64,000 nt of DNA from Camelus ferus (lineage: Eukaryota). Shown here piece by piece: positions 36,500 through 48,530 of the stretch; the first letter of the stretch is position 1, and each line of letters opens with the position of its first letter. The translations under genes were made by a program, and so were the position numbers. The notes under the pieces were generated by a model. That model was given only the letters and a program-made list of their open reading frames with translations, was not told the DNA's origin and did not search any database. The stretch lies in contig NC_045706.1 of the NCBI RefSeq assembly GCF_009834535.1, positions 10,416,001 to 10,480,000 of the forward strand, in the 5' to 3' direction.

Positions 36500-37800
36500 A
36501 AGTATACAAGGCCAAGTGTGGGGGAAAAAAAAAAAAAAGAGGCCAAGTGTGTTCAAATGTTAAGAAGAAAAAGAACAGGATGGCCTACGTTAGACGGGCT
36601 AATCAGAAAATAGTGGCACCTAAAGCATGAGAATCGGCCAGCCAGGCAAGCAGCAACAGAAAGGAAAGAACATTCTGGGCTGGTTAGTTTTCTGTTGCTG
36701 CTGTCCAAATGATCACAAACTCAAAACAACACAAATTTATCATCTCCCAGTTCTATAGGTCAGAATCTAGGACATCCTCTGGTTTCTCTGCTCCAGGTCT
36801 TATAAGGCCCGAATCCAGGCATCAGCGGCTGGGCTCTTACCTGAAGGCTCCGGGCGTAGACTTGGCTGCTAAACTCACTCAGGTTCTCAGAAGAACTTAC
36901 CTGCTTGTGGCTGGAGGACTGAGTTTTCGTCTCCCTGTCGGTCATCGGCCGGGAGCCTATCTCGGCTTCTTAGGCTGCCCGCATTCCTCATCTGGTTGCC
37001 CCCCTCGTCCTTAAAAGCAGCACAGAATCCTTCTCACACTTCCACTCTCTCTGACTTCCTCTACTGCATCCTTCCTGCCTCCAACGAAAGTCCTCTGCTA
37101 TTAAGGGCTCACGTGATTAAACTGGCTGCACCTGGATGAGAGAGGCTACCCTCCCCATTTTGTGGTCTGGAGCATTAATAACACCTGCAAAGTCCCTGTG
37201 ACCATGCAACAAAATACGTCATAGCCTATAGAGATTAGAGCATAAGTATCTCTGGGGGCCCTTTGCCTCCCACACAGCAGAGGGAACAATACATGCAAAG
37301 GTCTTGGCATCGTAACTAAAGTGAGGCCAGTGTGGGGAGAGGAGAGCAAGAGGGGAGAGTGAGGAAGAGCCAGGCCAGACCAGGATGGAGGGGTGGCCTG
37401 GGGCCGCAGGCCTCGCAGGCCATGGTAAGAAGTTGAGGTTTTGCCCTACGTGCTTTGGAAAGCCATGAAAGGCTTATAAGCAGGGGGAATGTTATCTAAT
37501 TCAAGTTTTTTGAATGATTAGCTGCTGAGTAGAGAGAATGGATGAGTGAGGGCCAAGAGCATAAGTGGGGAGACCAATTGTGTGGCTGACGGTGGCCTGT
37601 GACAGCGGCAGCAGTGGAGCTGGAAGATTTGACACGTTTTAGAGAAGACTTGTTGATGGACCTGATACAAACGGTAAAGAGAGAGGGGTGCTAAGAACAA
37701 GAAAGGAAGACAGTAGGAAGACCAGGTTTGGAGTTGAAGATCAGAAATTCAGCTTTGGACACGCATTGCTGAGATGGCTATCTAAGCAGCTCTATAAAGT
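36500..37800 (-). mobile_element. L2 LINE split by an MLT1 LTR
   Basis: gaacattctggg on the left; ggtaagaagttgaggttttgccctacgtgctttggaaagccatgaaagg and gaaattcagctttggacacg on the right. Confidence 0.65.
36681..37276 (-). mobile_element. MLT1D/E-like LTR
   Basis: tggttagttttctgttgctgctgtccaaatgatcacaaac...aacaacacaaatttatcatctcccagttct...aataacacctgcaaagtccc...ggggccctttgcctcccacaca. Confidence 0.85.
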
Positions 37801-37894
37801 AGGCAATATACTTTTGGGAAGGCAGGCAGATGCCACAGAATTCTACCCACCCCAGAAGACTTTTCCAGCAGTCACTATGGTCTGAAATTCTCAC

Positions 37895-38365
37895 CATTGG
37901 CCTCAATTCACCGGGGAAAGATTTTAGGTCTCCAGGAGGGTCTACAACACGCTTGTCAGCCGAGGGAGGCTGGAGAGGGATCCGAGGAGATGAGCCGCCC
38001 AACTGGAAGAAAGCAGGAGGAGCCGACAAGGAGCAAAACTGCACTTTACTGCAGTACAAGCGGGTGGTGCCCGCGGCTGCGGCGGTGCTCAGGTGTACGC
38101 ACTTGTCCTTTTATGATGCTAGTGGCGCATGCGTGGTGTTCATAGTGCCGACTCACGCTACTGGCGCATGCGTGGTGTTCATAGTGCTGACTCACGCTAC
38201 TAGCGCATGCGTACATTTACCCCTTACCAGGTGCAAGCTATTGTGAACTTCGGCCTGGGCCCCACGGCCTACTCACTTAAGGCTACACACTCACACAACA
38301 GTACAACTCCGGGTCGGCAAGCTCCCTGCTTAAGAGGCTATGAACCAGGAGGGATGGACGGGAGT
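37895..38365 (-). promoter_or_regulatory. Weak orphan CpG island and candidate promoter with first exon
   Basis: About 25 CpGs in about 450 bp against a CpG-poor background; three GCGCATGCG motifs; minus-strand ccaATG|GTGAGA donor with ATG at 37897-37895. Confidence 0.6.
38118..38212 (+). repeat. 39-bp tandem repeat, about 2.4 copies
   Basis: gctagtggcgcatgcgtggtgttcatagtgccgactcac / gctactggcgcatgcgtggtgttcatagtgctgactcac / gctactagcgcatgcgt; units start at 38118, 38157 and 38196. Confidence 0.97.
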
Positions 38366-38849
38366 AGGGAGGAAGACACAGGATGGGACATTTTTGATGA
38401 GAGACAACTCAGAGCAAGCCCTGGGGGATGGCTGGAGTGAGAGGCATCTCAGGGGGAGACTCAATTAGGGCCTGCGTGAAAGATTTAAACCAAACCACCT
38501 TCTGTTCAGCCGGAATCCCTGACTGCAGAGACAAAGATATCAATTAAAGAGAAGCACCTGAGATTTCTGTGAGGCGCTTGTCATCCAGCAGAGGGACAGG
38601 AATACTGGCTTAGGCAGAATCCATTTCCACTGCCTGCCAGAAAGGTACGTGCATGGGTTCCCCTGAGGATGCCCTGGGGCTGATCAGAGGAAGTCAGCGG
38701 GAAGCGGCACAGGTCTCAGCACCAGACGTGTCGGGGTGGGCATCAAAGATCCTATACAGTTCCCAAGAATTACTCTTGATCCTCTCCTCCACCTGAAGAT
38801 ACAGACATGCCATCTCCTGCAGAAACTTTCTTCCTTTCAGTTCAGTGCG

Positions 38850-38985
38850 TCCTTAGGAGTCAGACTGCATGGTTTTGTAGACCAGCTTTGCCACTTGCTG
38901 TGCAAGCTTACGCAAGTCACTTAACCTCTCTGTGCCTCAGGTTTCTCATCTGCAAAATGGTGACGGCAATAATAGTACCGAGGAG
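38850..38985 (+). mobile_element. MIR SINE
   Basis: ggagtcagactgcatgg...gcaagtcacttaacctctctgtgcctcaggtttctcatctgcaaaatgg. Confidence 0.85.
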
Positions 38986-38994
38986 TCCACTCCT

Positions 38995-39950
38995 AGGATA
39001 GCAATGTAAGGAGCTCTGCAGACCGACTCCCCAGGGAAACAAGCGTAACTGGTGAAAACTGTTTAAAAACAAGCAGCCATTTAAAGTCTCTGAAAATTGT
39101 CCTAAGGGCACACAGCAAATGAAGAAACGCTTATTCAAGAAAATCTACTACCACTTGCTAAGAATTGTGAGAGCCTGGCATTTGACCACAACTCCCGCCC
39201 TCCCTCCCACCCAGATCTGCTCCCACCCCCCACCCATCCACGCTGGGCAGCTGTGGCCAAGAAGAGGGCTCCCTCTACCCTCACTCCTAATCACGGGGTA
39301 CAGGTCACCTGGGGGAAGCAGGTTGCCAGCATTTCTCACGCGTTTAGCTCCAACTGAAGAGGTGAAATTCCTGGTGAGTTCAGTCAAGAGATTAGGGGCT
39401 CCTTTCCCCCGCCCCTCCCCCACTCACAGGACGGACGCTTCAACCTGGGCTTATCAAGCCAAGAAAACTGGAGCCCCAGTGCCCCTGCCCCAGCTCGCTC
39501 TCGGGGCAGAGGCTGCACACCAGGAGAGGCTACTGCCTGCCACCCAGTGTCTGAAGTAGTGCTCAGAGTTTTCTGTGGGGAGAAACAGTCCCAAAGGAAA
39601 GGCTGTATTTGAAACACAGTGTGGGAAAGTTCAAGCCTAAGAGAGAAAACAGGGGAAATTGTGATTATCAGAAAATAAGAGGAGGCTGGTAGCTTTTCTT
39701 ATTGAAGAGCAGCAAACTAAGCCACAGGCCTGCTAGTTCACCAGCGAGAACAGAAGAGACAGCTAAGAGCCCCAGTGGGGTCAAAACAAGCCTCAAATAC
39801 CAGCCTCAAACAGTACCCTTGCCCTCATTAAATTGGATCACATACGTAACAGCTGATGCCCCGGGACACTGCTGAAAACAGCAGACCGATCACCAGCAAT
39901 CAGTGGGCAGTAACAGCTGGGTGTGATACCAAAGAAGGCAACCATCTTCA
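38995..39950 (+). mobile_element. Old L1M 5' region
   Basis: catttaaagtctctgaaaattgtcctaagggcacacagcaaatgaagaaac...attcaagaaaatctact...ggggtcaaaacaagcctcaaa. Confidence 0.6.
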
Positions 39951-42164
39951 CATCTGCCTGGGGAGAGACACAGAGAGGACCCCGCTGAAACCACTGTCAC
40001 CTCCAGGACTCAGTCCCTCTGGAACTCAGTCATCTCACTTTCTCTCTGTGGGTAGAGGAGGTCAATAATTCAAATGAGTACTGCAGAGATTAAGAACAGC
40101 TCTGTGCCACCACACTCATGGGATTGTGCTCAAATTAGATGTTTGGTAAAGCACTTTGCAAACCCTAAAGTACACTATACATGCTGGGTAGCATTATTAC
40201 TTAACAGGGCAATCAATATAAGGTAGTAATTAAGATGACAAATTCCAGGGTGAGGCATTGTGGGTTCAAAGCCATCACGTCTTGACTCTGGGAGATACCT
40301 AACTGAGACTCAGTGACCTCATATGTGAAATATGTCATGTCCCAGAGAACACACTTCCAACACATTCTGAAGTTCTAACACATTGCCTGGTACCCAGCCA
40401 GTGACAACCAGTGAGAGTTGTGCCATAAACATAAAGTAGCACTAACATCTGACCACATTGTTTTAGAAGCAGAATTTACCAGGACCCCAAAGACAAACCT
40501 GAAATAGAAAATTGACTAATTCATTAACTTGTTGGAAACAAGTAAGATCCAAGGAAAGATGTATCTGTCACTTAAAAAGAAATTCAGTCATTGATCTGTT
40601 GGATGTGGTTGGTACATTTCTACATTCCCCCAAAATATTTCACTTAATAAAGATAGTTCTAGGCTGCATCCAAAGGGTATTTGCTGCTGGTGTACAGTGA
40701 TGTGCATTGTAGTGCCTTTGATTGACATTAGAAAGACTTTCAACAGTTTCTCAAAGGCACGAAAGGATTATTATTTCATCCTTCAACTACTTTTTAACAG
40801 AGATCATGGGAACATTATTTAGCTGGAGCCGTGTTGCTTCTGGCGGAAACACTGGGTGCCCTTTATGAGTTTATACCTGAGGCTGGTCCCTATCGGCCAC
40901 TTTGTTCTCTAGATGAAAAGGTGACTCAATTTCCATAGAAGAAATGGTCTGATGGTTTCAACCAATTCAAGAGGGAAGGAACATAGCTTTGTGACATTAA
41001 TATTCTTTTTTAAGCAAGCTGCCCTAGGGGTTTTCTTTGATTACAGCCTCTAAAATGGGTTTAATGTCTAAATGTTGACCTTTACTAGGTATCTCGTAGA
41101 TAATAAATCATCTCCAGGTGGTCCCATATTTACTGAGATACACCACCTTCTATGTACACCTTGATTCTTTAAGCCACAAACTCTCTTAACTTTACCTACT
41201 GAAAACATCCCAAGGAAAATAATGCTTCATTCCTTTTTGCACCTGCAAATCCCACAGCACACGATGTACAAGTGAAATTCTATGCTGCATGGTGGAGGCT
41301 GGAGTGGATCTGACTCTTTATGAAACAGTTTCTTCAGTTCCCGTTCCTTAGTAGCTTTTCCCAAGAATTATGTTAAATTTATTGGAATACAGGGTACATT
41401 CATAGCCACAAGATTTACATTTTTTAACCATGCAGATCACCGTCCTGTTCTCTTCCAGCTAAAAGTTAGATCACTGGGTCATTGCTTTGACACAGTCTGC
41501 CATCGGGTAACCCCTCCATCCTCACTGCCACACTCAAGTTGAGGCCTCTGTCATTTCTTGCCCGGACTGAAGCAGCAGCTTCCTCCTGGACTCCCTGCTG
41601 CCAGCCTCAGCCCCTGTAAGCTGGAGGCAGTTTGGTGGTGGGACAAATGATGGGTGCAAAGTATTACTCCTTCCCAGTAAATTCAAGAAAAGCAAGATTC
41701 TGCAAACGGTAAGGAAGGATTTGTAGGCACAGGTTCAACATGCCTTCCTCTACTTGTGAATTTTTATAAGTGAAAACACTTGTCAACAACAACTTTTCAT
41801 TCTGACCACTTGGGCACCAGCAAGAGATTAGGTTTCTTCTTGTTTCAAATGTTATGAAATTCATTTAAGATTGAAGTAAGGCTATCTCTCCTTACTGAGA
41901 AACTGATATTGAACTGGATCTTACTCCCAAAGGCTACTAATGCTCTCTTCCCACACCTGAGCTCTACGTAACAATGAACTGTTCAAAACAATGAACTGTG
42001 TCTTCAAGGACCTGGACTGCCAGACTATTAATACCCATCAACCTTGACAAGCCACCTGAAGCAGCACTCAGTGTTAATGTTTATATTGTCCCCCCTGGGG
42101 ACTGGGAGGGAACACGGCAAGTGGAATGGCCATATCACCCTTGCTCTGCCCTCGTGGTTCTGAC

Positions 42165-42595
42165 CAGTGACGCCCTGAACCTAGCTTGTACCAGATGAGA
42201 GAGGTGATCGCTACGTTTTCAGGAATTTTGTGAGCTCGTTGTTAAACACAGCCATTATTTAAAAACTAAGTTATCCATTTACAATGAAACAAATTATAGA
42301 AAAACAAAGGCAATGATGGCTCAAAACTCATCACTTCCTAATTATCTTACTACCCTTTACAATCGGCTCTGCTCTTGGGGTCACTTAGCTCTCTCGCATG
42401 AGCATGGAGAAAACGCCCTCTAAAGGTCTGCAACTGGGCCTCTTCCCATCTCCACCTTAGGGACAGCATGTTGGTCACCTGAAATCAGCCACGGTGCGAA
42501 GAACTAACAGAAATCAGCAAATGACACAAATGAGGGTTTCCCACCCCCCTTCACCAGAAAGGGTTGTTGAACATTTAAGAGCACACAGCACTGGC
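42165..42595. mobile_element. MER63-type hAT DNA transposon
   Basis: cagtg...agcttgtaccagatgagagagg...gttggtcacctgaaatcagccacggtg...gttgaacatttaagagcacacagcactgg. Confidence 0.7.
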
Positions 42596-42639
42596 TCTCA
42601 TCTACCTCCCGTGCAGAGCTGTCAGGCAGGAGGCCCCAC

Positions 42640-43055
42640 GTCCTCCTCCTGGGGATTAGCTCCTGGGGACAGCAATGGGCTCAGGGAAAGTCATGTAACC
42701 CAAGCAGGGCCGATCAGAGGTCTTGGGAGAAGTCAGTGTGGATAATGGCAGAGGAAGAATGTCTCTCTCTTTGAGATGGCAAACTGGAGGTACATTTATG
42801 CCTGGAGTGACTGGGGATCTTCACGAGAGGGGAACCTATCAGAAAAATACACACACACATGCACAAAAGGAAACCAGAGTGAGTGAGGGGGTGGGGGGGC
42901 TCTTGTGACATCATTTGGGCACCTAAATCCGGCTGTACCTGAAATGAGACCAATTCCTGGAGTTTTCAGATACATAAGCGAAAAAATTCCTTTGGGGCTT
43001 GACCAATTTTAAGTTCTTTGTTTCTGTCCTTTGTAACTAAAACATTTCTGACCTA
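42640..43055 (+). mobile_element. MLT1K/L-like LTR
   Basis: gtcatgtaacccaagcagggccgatcagag...gacatcatttgggcacctaaatccggctgtacctgaa...ctgtcctttgtaactaaaacatttctgac. Confidence 0.65.
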
Positions 43056-43309
43056 CATACCTTTCTTAGTAGGATTTAAGTAGACCATTGGGCTCTGGCT
43101 TAGCTTTTGTTCTTATTAAGCAAGAATTGTCAGCCTCCCGCCAGGAGGGAAAGGGAAGGAACAGAGCAGACAGCAGAGCTGGCCTCCTGCCAAATGAATG
43201 CAACCTAACAGCTCATCTATTAATGCAAAGGCTCTGACGATGCCCTAAGGGAGACTCTACTTCCAATGTTCAGGGATACAAAATGCAAAAAGCCAAATAC
43301 ATGCTAAGC

Positions 43310-43450
43310 ACTAAGATCTGGATCCGAATCCCGCCCCCAGAGTTTCAGATTAGGTAGGTGTGGGATGGGGCAGATGAATTTGTACTTTTACCAAGTTCCC
43401 AGATGACACTGGTGCAGCTGGTCCTGTGGCCATTCTCTGAAAACCATCGT
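43310..43450. mobile_element. MER5A DNA transposon
   Basis: cccgcccccagagtttcagattaggtaggtgtgggatgggg...aatttgtacttttaccaagttcccagatgacactggtgcagctggtcc. Confidence 0.75.
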
Positions 43451-43779
43451 TTGTACATTAGAAATACACACACAAGAGGTGGAAGACACCAGTTTGGGGG
43501 TGTGGGCTATTATTCCCCAGATCCTAGCCTCGCTTCTCAGGTCCCAGTACGCAGGGTGGGCCACGTCCGTGCCACTGGACTCTGCCACTTGTTCAGAGCT
43601 GATCAAAATTGGGTCAGTTTAATGGTTTTTGCCAAGAACTTGAAACTTAGAAGAGAGACAGAGACTAGAAGTCACTGTAACTGGGTCTCAGAGGTAGCAG
43701 CCTAGACGGCTGCTCCAAAACTGCTGCTGCCGGGGCATCACTGCATGCTAAGACCGGAGGCTCCGCAGTGAGCCTGCCT

Positions 43780-43930
43780 GAGTTCTGGCCTCTGTGCCCC
43801 AAGTAGCTCATCGGCAAAGTGGAGGTGATGATAGTAATGCCAACCTCCTGGGGTTGCCGTGAAAACTACGTAAGATGAGGTTCTGATCCAGGGCCTGGCA
43901 TGTAGCGAGTGCTCAGTAAATCTGAGCTAC
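43780..43930 (+). mobile_element. MIR SINE fragment
   Basis: tctggcctctgtgccccaagtagctcatcggcaaagtggagg...cctggcatgtagcgagtgctcagtaaa. Confidence 0.65.
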
Positions 43931-44721
43931 TGTGACCCCAGGTGTTGTCGTCATTCTGTCGTGGAGCTGACTGTGCTCCTGCCCCTCCCTCAGTTTTGTG
44001 AGCTATCACAGCAGCCTTCCAATATACCCCCTTCTCTTAAGTCATCCAAAGTGGGTTCCTGTGGCTTGCAATCAAAGGAACTTAAGTAAAATCCAATTAT
44101 AGAAGAAAGCTCTTGGATGGCCTAGGCTGGTGCAGCCCAGGAAATCACTTCACCCTTGGTCACATGGCCCGCTCCTCACTCAACATGCATGTACTGAGTG
44201 GCCATTAGACGACAGGCCTTGCACCAGACCCTGTGGGGGAAACACAGCCCCTGCACCGAACAAGTTTCCAGCCTCAGAAGAAATCACGGCTTGCACACAA
44301 TTCACTGAGACGCAGGGCAGGAAGCGGAGGTGGCCACGGGAAGGTGACTGAGGCCACTGGAGCTTAACCCCCCGTGGGAACACGGGGAGCTGGTGTAAAA
44401 CTCAGCAGAGGTATCCCACCCAAGAAGCTACGGAGCCGGGGCACTGCCACATGAAGGCCCGTCAGTCACCGATAAGGCCTGCACCCAAGGGCGTCGATTC
44501 CCCAGCACTCTCCACCTGCTCTGTGGGTGGCAAAGACTTCTCTTGCCTGTACAGGAGACCAAGGGCTGGCAGTTAGCAGTCAGGCCTTGTGCACCAAACC
44601 GGGGGGACATCGGCAGGACACCAGCAGCAGCTGACACCCTTCCACCACGTTCGTTATTTAACCAACCTTGGATACCAGCACCCATTTTGAAGTTTGTTTC
44701 CGTAAGTCTCCCATGACACTA

Positions 44722-44742
44722 AATAATAATAATAATAATAAT
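44722..44742 (+). repeat. (AAT)n microsatellite
   Basis: aataataataataataataat. Confidence 0.95.
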
Positions 44743-45797
44743 TGAAAGATGAATAAGTAAACAAAAGGTAGGCTCCTTTTACTTGTTGAAACAAAAGCGA
44801 ATTACAGGCTGCGACTGTAAGATCATTCCACATCCCAGGACCCAACTGTCTCACAGTCTCATTCAGCAACACTTCAGGGCAGCTCTCAGGCTCAGAACTG
44901 AGAGCCCCACGAACACACAAGGCCAGCGGGATGCCAGACCAAGGCCACACTTTATTTACAAGCAAGCACGAGCTTTTTGTCCTCTTAAACGCAGTGGGGA
45001 GCTTGACTAGAAGCAAGTCAGCCCCGAGAAGGGCTGTTGCTGCGACACCTCCCGCCCAGGCCTGTGCTGGGCGCGTTAGGACAAGCCGGCTGATAAATGA
45101 AATCTTTGTACAGATCCGCCACCAGGCAGGGGAAGGAGAGAAAGCCTCTTGCCCGTGCGATGTGCAGGCTACATGAATACATGGGAAGACAGAAAGATGG
45201 CCCCAGGCCCCCTGGCTCGAGACACTGATTTGAGGTTATCAAATTCTCTGTTGAGTGTACAGACTGCACTGAGCCCAGAGCCACTCAGGAGAAGGGGAAA
45301 AATCATGTGCTGATTACATAAATGGATTTCTTAGGATTGCCTTGCAAAGTCCTATTATCAGTATAGATTCATTACTTGCTTTTTATAAAGTCTTTCTCCC
45401 AAGGACACTTGGCTCTATCTTTCTTACTGCTTCTAAAAAGTGAAGTCTGCCTTTTTTTTAATTGGTTGAGGCCACTGGAGTTCCCCAAAGGCGAGTTTGA
45501 CCCTCAATCCAGGCCTGCTCCCATGTGCTGAAGCCGTGTTGCAAAGTCACGGGTCTGACCTCCAGCTCAATGCTGGGGAACAGTGGGGCGATGGGGACAC
45601 GGTGGGGTGGGGGGGGGCGGCAGCAGGGGTGACAGGAGGTGGGCGGCTCCAGGAGCTGCTTTGGAGGACAAGCTCATCACTTCGAGGCTCTGCGCTGTGG
45701 TTAGAGAGCTGAGAGCCTGCCGTCTTCATGTGTCCTGGAGCTCTGCAGACGCCTGGGATGCAGCCCTCTGCTTCAGACCGTGTTACAGCATGCTCAC

Positions 45798-45954
45798 CTC
45801 CTGCCGCCAGGTGAACCGGCCAGGGCAATAATAAGACACTTCTGCTGCCAGCACGTGGCGCTGTCTAGAACAGCCTGGTGCTGCAGGGACCATCTCCTAG
45901 CCGGGAAAGGCCCAGACCATGGACTCTGCACTCTGCGGCATTTCCCTCACTAGC
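45798..45954 (-). other. Candidate 157-nt non-coding exon
   Basis: Acceptor ctgtctctgtgttcctttaattacag|GCTAG and donor GGAG|gtgagc; stop codons in all frames. Confidence 0.25.
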
Positions 45955-46789
45955 CTGTAATTAAAGGAACACAGAGACAGTGAGTCATAAACGGAAAAAT
46001 TGGTATAGTTAAATACTTTACAACTTTAAAGGTCTTTATGAAAAAGGAGGCTATAAACACAGGAAGCAAGCCACAGCTAAAGATAATTGCAACTTATTTC
46101 ACTGACAAAGGATCAATTTTTATTGCCTATAAATACTGATTTTTAAGGATAAACATTTTATCCATTTTATCCTTTCTCCTGCCCAGCCTGGGGCCACTTT
46201 GGGGACCCACCCGACCCACATTCCAACCACCATACTGACTCTGATAACAGGCCAGAAAGCTGAAGTTTAAAATTTTTGTCATTAAGAGAGTGTGTGACCT
46301 TCACATTAACCAAGTCTTGATGTTAATAAGAATATTCATTACTTATTACAAACGTGGGTGCTGGGAAAGGGCATGACTTAAGTCCTTATCATCTTTTACA
46401 GACTATCTTTCAGCAACAAGATTTTCATTTAAATTTCCTGAGGTTTGGGCTTGTCTCCATTTCTGATATTAAAAAAAAAATTCACTGTGAATAAAGATCA
46501 ATTCAGGTTGGGTCAAAGATAATTATATTACTTTTCAAAATGTCAAGGATTCGTGCTTTTGTATCCCGTGAGCTATCTGATCATGGCAGCTTGTGTTTCT
46601 TTGTGATGGCAATTAAGTCCAAGTAGCAAAAACCTATAATTTTAGGCTTGAAGTTGACTCAAATGAGTGAAAATATTTATTTTTCCTTTGCTCTTTCTAT
46701 GGGCTCACATAATGAATTAAATGCAGGGCTCTCTTTCTTGATTATTGCTTCAGAAAGAAATTGCCATGCCTCATTACTCATTTTCAAAA

Positions 46790-47200
46790 AGAGATGATAG
46801 CACACTTTATTATAGGATTTTTATGTATTGCCAATGTCTAGAAAACTCAGCAGATTAATTCTCTCTACACAAGGTGAAACTGATTGAGAGAATTGGGTAT
46901 CTATAAAAAGTCCATCCGTTGTGACCTGAGGAGTTTATAAAGAGGGCATACAAGGACCCAATGAGAAAAATATAAATCTGACACCAGAGATATAAAATTA
47001 TACCCAGAGGTTTATCTAAGCTTGATCTAAGAACCATGGCATGTGATAGGTAATTTGTTAATACTAAGTAGTATAAATTACCTATAGGAGGTAGAAGACG
47101 TGAAAAAATAGCTAAAAATATACCCTGAGACTTACATAGCATTATAAATTAAAGAAGTAAATTATTTATAGGCATTTAAAAGCCAGGCATCTATAAAATT
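46790..47200 (+). mobile_element. Old L1M fragment
   Basis: aatgtctagaaaactcagcag...aactgattgagagaattggg...ccaatgagaaaaatataaatctg. Confidence 0.5.
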
Positions 47201-47419
47201 TCTGGTGTAGGTTTGGAAGAGCCTCTGATAAAATATGACATCCATGGTCACAGGACAAGTTCTAAACCTCAGAAACTGTAGCAGAAGAACACTGGACAGT
47301 TTTTGTTTGCTTTTCTGCATGTTCTTCTGACTCTCCCTGAAGAGGAGCTCATTCCATGGCGTTCAAGTAAAGCAAACCCTTACTTACTTATATCAGACGC
47401 TGGGTATTTCCTGCTTGGC

Positions 47420-47850
47420 CCTCAAATCTCATCTCCACTCGTCCCTCTCTGCTCTGGGCCCTGGGACACCTGACTGGCCCGTGTTAACAGCTCCCGTGCA
47501 TTCTGGCTTCCAGGTGGCCAGGTCCCGTGGGAGTCAACAGCAAGGGGGAAAAACACAGGAGGAAAGTGAGGTCGGAGAGTTTATTCCTCAGCTCCTTCCC
47601 CCTTCAGGTGCTGCAGCCACAGTCCACAGTTCCTATAGGGAGATGTTCCCAGCTTCCAGAAGTGCCCCCTCCTTGCCCATTTCAGGTATAGGGATGGAAG
47701 GAGACAGCGGCATGGGGACCTGTGTGATCCCTTGCTGATTTCCCCAAACCCTCCTCTATCCCTTTGCAAATGATCCACTTATGAAGTTCTTCTCAAATTG
47801 CTCATATAGAATGTGCCTTCCATTTCCTGCCGGGACCCTGGTGACACCCT
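47420..47850 (+). mobile_element. LTR16/LTR33-like ERVL LTR
   Basis: gaggaaagtgaggtcggagagtttattcctcagctcc...ccctttgcaaatgatccactt...ttccatttcctgccgggaccctggtgacac. Confidence 0.65.
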
Positions 47851-48329
47851 TGATCCTCCCCTTCCAGCTTCATCAATAGTCTGAGCCCTGGAACAACTAA
47901 GATCATTCAAACCGCTGGTGTTCCCACTAAAAAGAGCGAGCCTCTCTCTTGACTGCCATGGGCAAGAAAGAAATAGGTTTAGATCTACATTTGTAAAGAA
48001 AACTCTGGCAAGAAAGTAAAGGAAGATTAGGAAGAAGGGGAAACTGGAGTCAGAGAGACCAGTTTTGTTCATGGCTACAACATGCCAAGTACTGTGCTAG
48101 GTCCTAAGAATGCAAAAACACAGGCAAAAACAGTGGAGTCTTTGAAGAACTCATTGACTCTGAAGTGTTATTATCGCCTTCAGCTGGACTGGACTTCAAG
48201 TGGGACATTAGCACCATTTGCAAAGTCATCCCATATTTAAATGTCCAATGCAGAAGTTTCTGGTTTATTTACCTCAGGTCATACTGAGATAGACCAGAAT
48301 AATCCAGTTTTAGAGGTACAGTTCATCTG

Positions 48330-48530
48330 CCTATTTCAATCATTATAGCAATGATACATTGTCTAATTTAATCTTCATGACAGCTGAAGAATGAAGATTC
48401 TGTAACTATCCCAACTTTACAGAAGAGGAAACTCATGCTTAAGATCACGCAACCCCAAAGCGGTTAGCGCTGCATTTCAAACCCAAGCAATTCTGACGTC
48501 TGTCCTCCATATCTTCCTAACCTCTACCCT
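48330..48530 (-). mobile_element. MIR SINE
   Basis: atcttcatgacagc...cccaactttacagaagaggaaactcatgcttaag...atttcaaacccaagcaattctgac. Confidence 0.7.

Noticed and set aside
38118-38212. 39-bp repeats as a CRISPR-like array
   Set aside because: The units are head-to-tail with no unique spacers, the context is mammalian, and there are no cas genes.
37830-38246. 138-aa plus-strand ORF across the CpG island
   Set aside because: Its repeated peptide (ACVVFIV-THAT) simply mirrors the 39-bp tandem repeat; the promoter interpretation is more parsimonious.
39119-39559. 146-aa ORF near the CpG island
   Set aside because: Lies within an old L1M 5' region; GC-rich repeat sequence gives open frames by chance.
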